64,000 nucleotides of DNA from the NCBI GenBank assembly GCA_043424895.1, contig JBHWPN010000093.1, forward strand, positions 2,832-66,831. Direction: 5' to 3'. This DNA comes from Rothia sp. (in: high G+C Gram-positive bacteria) (GTDB taxonomy: Bacteria > Actinomycetota > Actinomycetes > Actinomycetales > Micrococcaceae). A program made the translations under genes and the position numbers. Below, piece after piece: positions 1 to 8,952 of the stretch (position 1 is its first letter; every line of letters begins with the position of its first letter). A model generated the notes under the pieces. That model ran no database searches, was not told the origin of the DNA, and saw only the letters and a program-made list of their open reading frames with translations.

Positions 1-1026
1 TGCATAATCGGTTTCTACCAAACCCATTGCCACAGGGTATCCCAACGTAGGAGAGGGAATACCCGAAGTGATCTCGCCAATGATCTTTTCCCCATCAACC
101 AGATGGGAACCCGCACGAGCAGGGCGCTTAGCCTGAGCTTTCAGACCAACAAGCGAGCGCTGAGGAGCTGTCTTTGCCATCTTCGCCAACGCCTCGCGTC
201 CTACAAAATCAGCTTTTTTCTTGGTTAAAGCGATCTCAACCAAACGCCCCAAGCCAGCCTCGAACGGGGTAATATCCAATCCCAGCTCATGGCCGTAGAG
301 AGGCATACCAGCTTCTAGGCGCAAAGAATCTCGCGCTGCCAAACCAGCGGGTTCAGCGCCATCGTCCTTACCGGCTTGCAGAGCAGCGTCCCAAATAGTT
401 TGGGCATCCGCGTTCTTCACGTAAATCTCAAACCCATCTTCACCGGTGTAACCGGTTCGAGCCATCAGAGTTTCAACGCCAGCAATGATCAACGGCACTG
501 ATGCATAGTAGCCAAGCTCGCGGACAGCGTCCTCATCGCTCACGCCCATCGCCAAAACAATCTTTTCGGAGGCGGGGCCTTGAACTGCTACCAAAGAAGT
601 CTCTTCAGATTCATTCACGAACTCAACATCGAAATCGCCTAAGCGCTCGCTCATGGTCTTGAAATCGACATCGACATTTGCAGCGTTTGGAACGACCATG
701 AATTCATCATCAGCAAGACGGTAGGTAATAAGATCATCGATTACCCCGCCTTCTTCGTTAACCAAAATAGAGTACTTGGCTTTACCGACTTTCAAGATGG
801 ACATATTTGAAACCAACGCGTAGTCCAAAAAGGCACCGGCATCTGCACCCTTGACGCGAAATTCACCCATGTGTGAAAGATCGAAGATGCCAGCTGCCTG
901 ACGTACCGCATGATGCTCCGCCACATCGTTCTTGTACTTGAGCGGCATGTCCCAGCCACCAAAATCAGTAAAAGAAGCGCCTAACTCAGCGTGGGCATCA
1001 TATAGAGAAGTTTTCTTAGGAGTCAT
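1..1026 (-). CDS. gcvT: Glycine cleavage system aminomethyltransferase T (3' end runs off the window)
   Basis: Manual translation from ATG at 1026 gives MTPKKTSLYDAHAELGASFTDFGGWDMPLKY...GIFDLSHMGE...ARTGYTGEDGFE...ARDSLRLEAGMPLYG, which are GcvT motifs. Lies downstream of gcvP. Confidence 0.96.
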   Translation of the reverse strand, partial: MTPKKTSLYDAHAELGASFTDFGGWDMPLKYKNDVAEHHAVRQAAGIFDLSHMGEFRVKGADAGAFLDYALVSNMSILKVGKAKYSILVNEEGGVIDDLITYRLADDEFMVVPNAANVDVDFKTMSERLGDFDVEFVNESEETSLVAVQGPASEKIVLAMGVSDEDAVRELGYYASVPLIIAGVETLMARTGYTGEDGFEIYVKNADAQTIWDAALQAGKDDGAEPAGLAARDSLRLEAGMPLYGHELGLDITPFEAGLGRLVEIALTKKKADFVGREALAKMAKTAPQRSLVGLKAQAKRPARAGSHLVDGEKIIGEITSGIPSPTLGYPVAMGLVETDYA

Positions 1027-1261
1027 TTGTTAAATCTTTCTGTAGGTGGCGCTTCTTTGCGCCGCTTCAGTCTTTCATCGGTTGAGATAAACCAGATACT
1101 AAACACCGCGATTGCGCTAAAGACGCGGGACTTTATCTGGAAAAGTTAATCGGAGATTGCGCGCTCGCCCTAAATTCTCGCGAGCGCGCTCCCCGCATCG
1201 TGTTTAGAAACTACCGTGGAGTTCAGTAGGTATCGTCACTAATTCCCTCAAAAGAGAGAGG

Positions 1262-4105
1262 TTACTTGTATTCGATATCGAATGCTTCCATGGGCGGGCA
1301 ATCGCAGACGAAGTTACGGTCACCGCCAACACCGTCGATACGACCAACCGAGGTGAAGTACTTAGCCTGGTGCAAGGACGCCACCGGGTAAGCAGCCTGG
1401 GTGCGGGTGTATGCGCGATCCCACGCATCCGAAGTGACATCTTCGAGGGTGTGCGGTGCATGGCGGATTACTGAATCTTCCACGCTAATCTTGCCGTCGA
1501 TGATCTCCTGGATTTCAGCGTGGATGCTCTCCATTGCCTCGATAAAGCGATCCAACTCTTCTAGATTCTCCGACTCGGTGGGCTCTACCATGAGGGTTCC
1601 GGGCACGGGGAAAGCCAGGGTTGGTGCATGGAAACCATAGTCCATCAGGCGCTTGCACACATCTTCTGCTGTAACCTTTGACGCCGCAGTAAGTTCACGC
1701 AAATCCAAAATGCACTCGTGAGCAACAAGTCCGGTTTCGCTTGAGGTGTAGAGAACCGGGTACTTGTCCGAGAGCTTCTTTGCAATGTAGTTAGCGTTGA
1801 GAATTGCGTATTCGCTGGATGCGCGTAGACCCTTGGCACCGGTCATTGCAATATACATCCACGAAATCGGCAGCACACCGGCTGAGCCAAACATTGCCTG
1901 GGAAATCGGCAACGGAGCTCCATCAATGTTGCCCTCGGCATCAGCCAAATACCCGTTACCCGGCAGGTACTTCTCTAGATGAGCACCAACAGCAACCGGT
2001 CCCACACCGGGGCCGCCACCACCGTGAGGAATAGCGAAGGTCTTGTGCAGGTTCAGGTGGGATACGTCGCCGCCGAATTGGCCGGGCTGAGCAAGCCCCA
2101 TCTGGGCGTTGAGGTTTGCACCGTCAACATAAACCTGTCCACCTGCATCGTGAACCAGCTGGCAAACGTCCTTAACCTGCTCTTCAAAGACGCCGTGGGT
2201 AGAGGGGTAGGTGATCATGATGCCGGCAATGGTATCGCTATACTTTTCGATTTTTGCCTTAAGGTCATCAACATCCACAGAACCATCTGATGCGGTTGCA
2301 ACGGATGCTACTTTCAAGCCAGCAAGTGCAGCAGAAGCTGCGTTAGTACCGTGTGCTGACTGAGGGATAAGTACGATATCGCGCTGGGTGTCGCCGTTAT
2401 CCTCGTGGTAAGCGCGGATAGCTCGAAGACCTGCGTATTCACCCGAAGCACCCGAGTTAGGCTGCAAGGAAATAGCATCGTAACCGGTGATTTCAACTAA
2501 CCAGCTCGAGAGCTCATCAATCAGAAGCTTCCAGCCCTTAGCCTGGTCCTCAGGTACCAACGGATGGATAGCCGCAAACTCAGGCCACGAAATGGGTTCC
2601 ATTTCAGCAGCTGAGTTGAGCTTCATGGTGCATGAACCCAGCGGGATCATGGTGCGGTCAAGAGCAAGATCCTTATCTGAGAGACGACGCAAGTAACGCA
2701 TCATCGCGGTCTCAGACTGATATAGATGGAAGACCGGGTGCTGCATGTACTCATCAGTGCGCAGAAGCTCAGTTGCTAGATCATAACCATCAGCGGTATC
2801 AGGCAAGGTACCACCAAGGGCTTCTACAAGCTTTGCCAACAATTCTTCACCGTGTGATTCACCCACAGAGATAGAAACGCGGTCCGCATTGATACGGCGG
2901 ATGTTTACGCCTGCTTCAAGAGCTTTAGCAACAAGCTCATCGGCGCGTCCTTCAGCTTCAAGAGCAACGGTATCGAAGAAGCTCTCGTGAACAACCGTCA
3001 AGCCAGCCTTTGCTAGGCCCGATGCGATGCGGGAAGCGTTGGTATGCAAACGCTCAGCGATAGCGCGCAGACCTGCAGGACCGTGGTACACCGCATACGC
3101 ACCGGCAACGATTGCCAACAGTGCCTGAGCGGTACAGATGTTAGAAGTCGCCTTTTCACGACGAATATGCTGCTCACGGGTCTGCAGAGCCAGACGGTAA
3201 GCAGGTTTACCAGCCGCATCCTGCGAAACACCAACAAGGCGTCCGGGAAGGTTCCGTTCCATGCCCTTGTGAATTGCCAGGTATGCTGCGTGCGGACCGC
3301 CAAAGAAGAAAGGCAAACCGAAACGCTGCGTATTACCCACTGCGATATCAGCACCGAGTTCACCCGGAGACTTCAACAAAGTCAACGCCAGAAGGTCAGC
3401 ATTGATAGTCACAAGAGCGTTACGCTCATGAGCGTCCTTTACGAGCTGGGAAAGATCGCGAATCTCACCGTCGTGTGCGGGGTAGGCAAAAACTACACCG
3501 TAAAGATCACCCTCGGGCAAACCGTCCGCGAAGTCAGTAATCACAAAATCGATACCGAGCGCATCAGCACGCCCCTTCACAACGGAAAGAGTCTGGGGAA
3601 GCACACGAGAGTCAATAGCAAAGAAACCGTTCTTTACCTTCTTATTTGCTCGGTGCATCATAACAACGGCTTCTGCCACCGCAGTTGACTCATCAAGGAG
3701 AGAGGCATTAGCGATATCTAAACCGGTCAGTTCCATGACAGTGTTCTGGAAGTTCAGCAAAGCCTCTAGACGACCCTGTGAAATTTCAGGCTGGTAGGGA
3801 GTATATGAGGTATACCAGCCGGGGTTCTCAAGAATATTTCGACGCAACACAGGCGGGGTAACTGCATCGTAATAACCCGCGCCAATCATCTGCGCGTAGA
3901 CGTCGTTTTGAGCCGCGTACTGAGCCAGTTTTGCTTGGGCCTCATGCTCACTCAAAGCATCAGGTAGATTCAACTCTGCATCGAGTCGAATCTGAGAAGG
4001 AACTACGGCATCAATCAGCTTATCGAGGGACTCATAGCCCAAAGCTGAGAGCATCTGTGCAGTCTCATTTTCGTTGGGGCCAAGATGACGTTGGGTGAAG
4101 GACAT
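1262..4105 (-). CDS. gcvP: Glycine dehydrogenase (decarboxylating), P protein
   Basis: YTPYQPEISQGRLE, TREQHIRREKATSNICT and HLNLHKTF (PLP lysine) motifs. Start moved to MSFTQRH, which has AGGAG upstream; the longer ORF start lies inside the riboswitch. Confidence 0.97.
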   Translation of the reverse strand: MSFTQRHLGPNENETAQMLSALGYESLDKLIDAVVPSQIRLDAELNLPDALSEHEAQAKLAQYAAQNDVYAQMIGAGYYDAVTPPVLRRNILENPGWYTSYTPYQPEISQGRLEALLNFQNTVMELTGLDIANASLLDESTAVAEAVVMMHRANKKVKNGFFAIDSRVLPQTLSVVKGRADALGIDFVITDFADGLPEGDLYGVVFAYPAHDGEIRDLSQLVKDAHERNALVTINADLLALTLLKSPGELGADIAVGNTQRFGLPFFFGGPHAAYLAIHKGMERNLPGRLVGVSQDAAGKPAYRLALQTREQHIRREKATSNICTAQALLAIVAGAYAVYHGPAGLRAIAERLHTNASRIASGLAKAGLTVVHESFFDTVALEAEGRADELVAKALEAGVNIRRINADRVSISVGESHGEELLAKLVEALGGTLPDTADGYDLATELLRTDEYMQHPVFHLYQSETAMMRYLRRLSDKDLALDRTMIPLGSCTMKLNSAAEMEPISWPEFAAIHPLVPEDQAKGWKLLIDELSSWLVEITGYDAISLQPNSGASGEYAGLRAIRAYHEDNGDTQRDIVLIPQSAHGTNAASAALAGLKVASVATASDGSVDVDDLKAKIEKYSDTIAGIMITYPSTHGVFEEQVKDVCQLVHDAGGQVYVDGANLNAQMGLAQPGQFGGDVSHLNLHKTFAIPHGGGGPGVGPVAVGAHLEKYLPGNGYLADAEGNIDGAPLPISQAMFGSAGVLPISWMYIAMTGAKGLRASSEYAILNANYIAKKLSDKYPVLYTSSETGLVAHECILDLRELTAASKVTAEDVCKRLMDYGFHAPTLAFPVPGTLMVEPTESENLEELDRFIEAMESIHAEIQEIIDGKISVEDSVIRHAPHTLEDVTSDAWDRAYTRTQAAYPVASLHQAKYFTSVGRIDGVGGDRNFVCDCPPMEAFDIEYK

Positions 4106-4160
4106 GAAAACTCCTGTCGGAAAGCGCAACAATAACAGCTCGCTCGTGCGTTTTAAGTGC

Positions 4161-4375
4161 CCTCCCCACTCTGTCGTAAACCTGAGAGTTTTCACGTTTA
4201 AAGGTCTTTCACGCAAAACCTATACGAACGCTTGCCCCTTCGGTGGAGGTGTTACGCCCCTCTCCAGAGTTGCCTGAGCTAGCGGTACCTTTGCCTGAGA
4301 GTTTCCCGGGGAGGGTTTGCTCCTTCGGCGCCGCATCCCGGCCCTCACCGGTTGGCGGTCTCTCCCGCATAGCAG
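4161..4375 (-). ncRNA. Tandem (two-aptamer) glycine riboswitch
   Basis: Minus strand carries GCGGGAGAG...CGCCGAAGGAGCAA...CTCTCAGGC, then CTCTGGAGAG...CACCGAAGGGGCAA...CTCTCAGG...ACAGAG, directly upstream of gcvP. Boundaries are approximate. Confidence 0.93.
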
Positions 4376-4416
4376 TAGACAGCAAAATCACTTTTAAGTG
4401 TGCCACAGATAACACG

Positions 4417-4456
4417 AAAGCACCACCTGAGAAAAAGGTTCTCAGGTGGTGCTTTT
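4417..4456 (-). terminator. Intrinsic terminator after narK
   Basis: Inverted repeat AAAGCACCACCTGAGAA / TTCTCAGGTGGTGCTTT. Confidence 0.8.
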
Positions 4457-4485
4457 AGGGGGTATTCAGATGAGCCTTTTTAGCT

Positions 4486-5706
4486 CTACTTCACGTTCTT
4501 AGGCTTGCTACCGTTCTTGATAAACAAAGAAATAAGAAGTGCAACACCTGCAGTAATTGCCAAAGCAACCTGTGCCCAGAAGTAGTGGCCATTAGCGCCG
4601 TAGACAGCACCCATCACCAGCGGAGGGAAATATCCGCCCAGACCACCGGCAGCAGACACTAGACCGCCCACAGTACCGGTTTCTTCGGGCTTAGCCGCAC
4701 GACCAACCCAGCCAAACACTGTACCGGTACCAAAACCAATCAACGCTGCCAGCACAATAAAGATTGAGTAGTAAGCAGCAGCTGAAGGCAACTGAAGCGC
4801 AACAAGCACCGCAAACACAGCGATAAGAGCGAAAGTTACCAGGGTAACGGGACGAGGACCAAGCTTATCGGCAGCAATACCACCGAACGGACGAGCAATC
4901 ACTGCACATGCGGCAAACATTGCAGCAAAAGTACCTGCTGCCACAGCGTCAAACTCGTAGACATTGCCCATGTAAGTCGGCAGATAGTTGGAGAAAGCCA
5001 CGAAAGCACCGAAGACAACGGCGTAAATGAAGCAAAGCTGCCAGGTAGCAGCATTCTTCATCGCGTGCTTAATCTTAGGCATTACGGGCTGAGCCACGCG
5101 TCCGCGAGTCACCGGTGAGTCCTTCATAAAGAACCAAACGATCAAAGCGTAAACGAAAGCCACAGCGGCAATAATCATGTGGGTTTCAAAATAACCGAAT
5201 GCGCGAAGCATGCGGGGGTTGAAGAACGCAGCAACTGCAGTACCGATCATACCCATACCGAAGATACCTGTTGCCAGACCCTTACGGTGAGGCTCATACC
5301 AAGCAGCTGAGAACGGAACGCCCACAGCGAAGATCGAACCACCGATACCCAAGAAGAAAGCCGAAACAAGCAGAAGCGGGAAATTGCCAGTCTGACCAAC
5401 GAACGCGGTAATAACTACCATGATGGAGGTAAGAATCAACAAAGCCGTGAACATTACGCGTCCGCCAAAGCGGTCTGTTAAAGCGCCGACCGGAATACGA
5501 GCTACCGCACCGACAATAACAGGCATTGCAATCAACAAACTCAACTGGCTCGGAGTAAGGTGAAAAGCCTCTTTGTAGTAGGACTTTGCCAACGGACCAA
5601 TCATGGTCCAACCCCAAAAGCCGACCGTCGAGGCAAGTGTTGCCATAATGACATTTTTGAGCTGACCCTTAAGCTGCGGATCTCGCTCCATGGTTGTAGT
5701 ACTCAT
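4486..5706 (-). CDS. narK: Nitrate/nitrite MFS transporter (NarK family)
   Basis: MFS with RIPVGALTDRFGGR, GLATGIFGMG and GGLGGYFPP motifs. Last gene of the nar operon. Confidence 0.9.
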   Translation of the reverse strand: MSTTTMERDPQLKGQLKNVIMATLASTVGFWGWTMIGPLAKSYYKEAFHLTPSQLSLLIAMPVIVGAVARIPVGALTDRFGGRVMFTALLILTSIMVVITAFVGQTGNFPLLLVSAFFLGIGGSIFAVGVPFSAAWYEPHRKGLATGIFGMGMIGTAVAAFFNPRMLRAFGYFETHMIIAAVAFVYALIVWFFMKDSPVTRGRVAQPVMPKIKHAMKNAATWQLCFIYAVVFGAFVAFSNYLPTYMGNVYEFDAVAAGTFAAMFAACAVIARPFGGIAADKLGPRPVTLVTFALIAVFAVLVALQLPSAAAYYSIFIVLAALIGFGTGTVFGWVGRAAKPEETGTVGGLVSAAGGLGGYFPPLVMGAVYGANGHYFWAQVALAITAGVALLISLFIKNGSKPKNVK

Positions 5707-5747
5707 TTTTCCTCTACTACGGGTGGTGAGTGTGTAAATTAGAAAAA

Positions 5748-6554
5748 CTATTTCTTCAAGCGGTGAAGGTGCAGACCGCGACGCTGCTCTTCGGCGCTCT
5801 TATCCGAGAGTTTGGCAGCAGTTGCCATCGGCTCCCAGCCACGACGAGGTGCTCGCGCGCCGCGTCCCTCATTACCGCGTGAACGGTAAACGATGTAAGG
5901 ACGGAACAGGTAGTGGAACGGCGCAGTAAACGCGTGAACCAAGCGAGTAAAAGGCCAGATCGCAAAAAGTAAGAAAGCTACCACGATGTGAGCCTTGAAC
6001 TCCATGGGAACTTCACTCATCAAACCAACATCGGGTTGGAAGGTAAAGAGCGAACGGAACCACGGGGAAATATCAGCACGGTAGTTGTGACCGTGGTGAC
6101 CCTGGAAAGCGCTGATAACTGTGGAGGCCACACCAAGAACAATTGCACCCATCAAGAAGATGTACATGATCTTGTCGTTAGTGGTGGTTGCACGGAAAAC
6201 AGTGGCGTTGGTACGACGGCGGAAAATCATCACTGCAAGGCCAACAATCACTGCAATACCAAAAGGCAAACCCGCAACAATCGCGAACAAGTGATACATA
6301 TCGTTAGAAATTCCCACAGCATCTGTCCAGCTCCACGGAATGACCAAACCGATGATGTGACCGCCCAATACGCCTACTAGACCGTAGTGAAACAGCGGGG
6401 ATGCGATGCGCAAGATTTTAGACTCATAGACCTGAGATGAGCGGGTGGTCCAACCAAACTGATCATACTTATAACGCCAAATCGTGCCACCGATCAAAAG
6501 AACGATGGAGATATACGGCAGAATCCCCCACAGTAAGTGATCGAGGAAGTTCAT
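5748..6554 (-). CDS. narI: Respiratory nitrate reductase gamma subunit
   Basis: RYKYDQFGWTTRSSQ, LFHYG and WPFTRLVH heme-ligand motifs. Confidence 0.95.
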   Translation of the reverse strand: MNFLDHLLWGILPYISIVLLIGGTIWRYKYDQFGWTTRSSQVYESKILRIASPLFHYGLVGVLGGHIIGLVIPWSWTDAVGISNDMYHLFAIVAGLPFGIAVIVGLAVMIFRRRTNATVFRATTTNDKIMYIFLMGAIVLGVASTVISAFQGHHGHNYRADISPWFRSLFTFQPDVGLMSEVPMEFKAHIVVAFLLFAIWPFTRLVHAFTAPFHYLFRPYIVYRSRGNEGRGARAPRRGWEPMATAAKLSDKSAEEQRRGLHLHRLKK

Positions 6555-7312
6555 CGGTGTGCTCCTGCAGATGTAGGTGGTGTTGAAGGTTGAAGAAGAG
6601 GCAACAATCGAGGATCAGTTGGTTCTAATCCAACGGTTTCGCTAGGTGGATTAGGACGCGCCATCTTCTGAATCTCGGCGGACGATTGCGGCGAGTCCCC
6701 CGGTAGAGAATCGCAAATGCACTGAACCAGCCCATAGAAAGCTAAAGAATCATCGCGCAGTGCAAAGCGCAAAAGTTCCAGCGAGGGTCGATAAGCCTGA
6801 AGCGCTGCGCGTCCGGCTCGGGAATCAACCAAAGCTGTAAATTCAAGGATGAGCGGTAAATAATCGGGTAATTCTCCGTGCAAGTCAGTGACCATGCCCG
6901 AATCTCGATACATTTTCTTGAATCGAGTCAGGGCTTCGCCACGGCGACGGGTGTCTCCTTCTGTCCAATAAGACATATGGAAGGAGTGCCGGCGCGACAG
7001 GTCATATTCTTGAACGTATTGACCCGCGACCTCTTCAAGCGAAGCAGAATCGTACCAGCGTTGAACATCCTCAATAGCGCTCACGAGAGCGTCATGGTTG
7101 ACTTCACGCGCTAGTTCCAAAAACTCTGGAATGAATGAGCGGATTTCTTCGCTCGGATAACGCATGAGCACTGATGCACTTTGATACAGTACGCGTTCAG
7201 CATCGCTCGCCTGACCGTGATCAGCGTCGAAGGGGTCGGTGGACGCGGGTGCGGCGGACCCAGCCTCAGCTGAGTCCGCTTTACCCAATAGTTTTGAGAA
7301 AAAACCAGCCAC
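6551..7312 (-). CDS. narJ: Nitrate reductase molybdenum cofactor assembly chaperone
   Basis: GDTRRRGEAL and ELPDYLPLILEF motifs. Lies between narH and narI; GTG start with AAGAAGG upstream. Confidence 0.92.
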   Translation of the reverse strand: MAGFFSKLLGKADSAEAGSAAPASTDPFDADHGQASDAERVLYQSASVLMRYPSEEIRSFIPEFLELAREVNHDALVSAIEDVQRWYDSASLEEVAGQYVQEYDLSRRHSFHMSYWTEGDTRRRGEALTRFKKMYRDSGMVTDLHGELPDYLPLILEFTALVDSRAGRAALQAYRPSLELLRFALRDDSLAFYGLVQCICDSLPGDSPQSSAEIQKMARPNPPSETVGLEPTDPRLLPLLQPSTPPTSAGAHR

Positions 7313-7317
7313 GGACG

Positions 7318-8952
7318 CTACGCCTTCTTTGAGCCGCTGGTGTTAGGGAACATCGCATCGGGTCGGCTGTTGCCGTCCCACATGAAGATATCGACCTTGC
7401 CATCGGCGCGGGCAGTATTAGCGTAAGAACCTGCTGAGACAGGAACCGGGCGATCGCCCATGCCTGTGAACGCGTCGTCATAAAGCATGCCGGGACCGCC
7501 GTCGCCGTCCAGCGAGCAACCGATTTCTTCGAGGTTGTGTGCTTCTTCCATGTGAGCAGAAGGAATCACGTAACGCTCTGAGTACTTGGAGATTGCCATC
7601 AGACGGTACATCTCGTACATTTCTTCACCGGTCATGCCAACTGCGTTAGCGATGGACTCATCGCCCACGTTGCCCAAGGTAATGTCGCGCATGTACGAAC
7701 GCATAGCTGCGAGCTTCTTGAGAACATCAACGATGATACCGGTATCGCCTGCGGTGAAGAGTTCAGCCAAGTATTCAACAGGGATTCGCAGTGAATCAAT
7801 CGCGCCGAACAGGTTGTCTTTAGACTCGCCATCGTGACCCTGTTCTTTGAGCAGGTCAATAATCGGTGACAGCGGCGGAACGTACCAAACCATAGGCATA
7901 GTGCGGTACTCAGGGTGCAGAGGAAGAGCAATCTTCCAGACCTTAGCCAGCTTATAAACGGGTGACTTCTGAGCTGCATCAATCCATGAGGAAGGAATAC
8001 CGCTCTTCTTAGCCTCCGCAATGACGGCGGGGTCGAAGGGGTCCAGCATCAGATCAAGCTGTGACTGGTAAAGATCACGCTCATCGGGCACGGACGCGGC
8101 TTCGGTCACTTTATCGGCGTCGTACAAGAAGATACCGATGTAACGCATACGACCAACACAGGTCTCAGCACACACGGTAGGAATACCGTGTTCGATACGG
8201 GGGTAGCAGAAAGTACACTTCTCTGCCTTACCGCTCTTGTGGTTAAAGTAAATCTTCTTGTAGGGGCAACCGGTGATGCACTGACGCCAACCGCGGCAAC
8301 GATCCTGGTCAACAAGCACGATGCCGTCTTCTTCACGCTTATAGATAGCGCCTGAAGGGCAGGACGCCATACATGAAGGGTTCAAGCAGTGCTCACAGAT
8401 ACGCGGCAAGTAGAACATGAAGGTCTTTTCGAATTCGAATTTGATCTTCTCTTCTGACTCGAGGCGAATCTTCTCAACGATGGGATCCTGATGACCGGTT
8501 GCGTAGGTGCCACCCAAGTCGTCATCCCAGTTTGCTGACCAGTCAATAGCGGTGTCTTCACCGGTAATCAAAGACTTAGGCTTTGCAACCGGAAAGTCAT
8601 CACCCAAAGGCGCGTTGGTCAGGTTCTCGTATTCGTAGGTCCACGGTTCGTAGTAGTCGCTCATTTCGGGCTGAACCGGGGAGGCGAAGATGGTGAAGAG
8701 CTTCTTGAAGCGGTTACCGCCCTTGAGCTCCAGACGACCGCGCTTATTAAGCTCCCAACCGCCCTTCCAGCGTTCCTGATCTTCGTAACGCTTGGGGTAG
8801 CCAAGACCGGGGCGGGTCTCAACATTGTTAAACCACACGTACTCGGTACCGGTGCGGTTGGTCCACGCCTGCTTACAGGTGACAGAGCAGGTGTGGCAAC
8901 CAAGGCACTTGTCCAGTGCCATGATCATAGAAACTTGAGCCATAACTCGCAT
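7318..8952 (-). CDS. narH: Respiratory nitrate reductase beta subunit
   Basis: DKCLGCHTCSVTCK, PRICEHCLNPSC and CRGWRQCITGCPYKK Fe-S motifs. Confidence 0.97.
   Translation of the reverse strand: MRVMAQVSMIMALDKCLGCHTCSVTCKQAWTNRTGTEYVWFNNVETRPGLGYPKRYEDQERWKGGWELNKRGRLELKGGNRFKKLFTIFASPVQPEMSDYYEPWTYEYENLTNAPLGDDFPVAKPKSLITGEDTAIDWSANWDDDLGGTYATGHQDPIVEKIRLESEEKIKFEFEKTFMFYLPRICEHCLNPSCMASCPSGAIYKREEDGIVLVDQDRCRGWRQCITGCPYKKIYFNHKSGKAEKCTFCYPRIEHGIPTVCAETCVGRMRYIGIFLYDADKVTEAASVPDERDLYQSQLDLMLDPFDPAVIAEAKKSGIPSSWIDAAQKSPVYKLAKVWKIALPLHPEYRTMPMVWYVPPLSPIIDLLKEQGHDGESKDNLFGAIDSLRIPVEYLAELFTAGDTGIIVDVLKKLAAMRSYMRDITLGNVGDESIANAVGMTGEEMYEMYRLMAISKYSERYVIPSAHMEEAHNLEEIGCSLDGDGGPGMLYDDAFTGMGDRPVPVSAGSYANTARADGKVDIFMWDGNSRPDAMFPNTSGSKKA

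Noticed and set aside
4106..4458. N-terminal extension of the gcvP ORF and short ORFs at 4095-4277, 4209-4415 and 4243-4458
   Set aside because: They overlap the glycine riboswitch; the real start at 4105 has an RBS.
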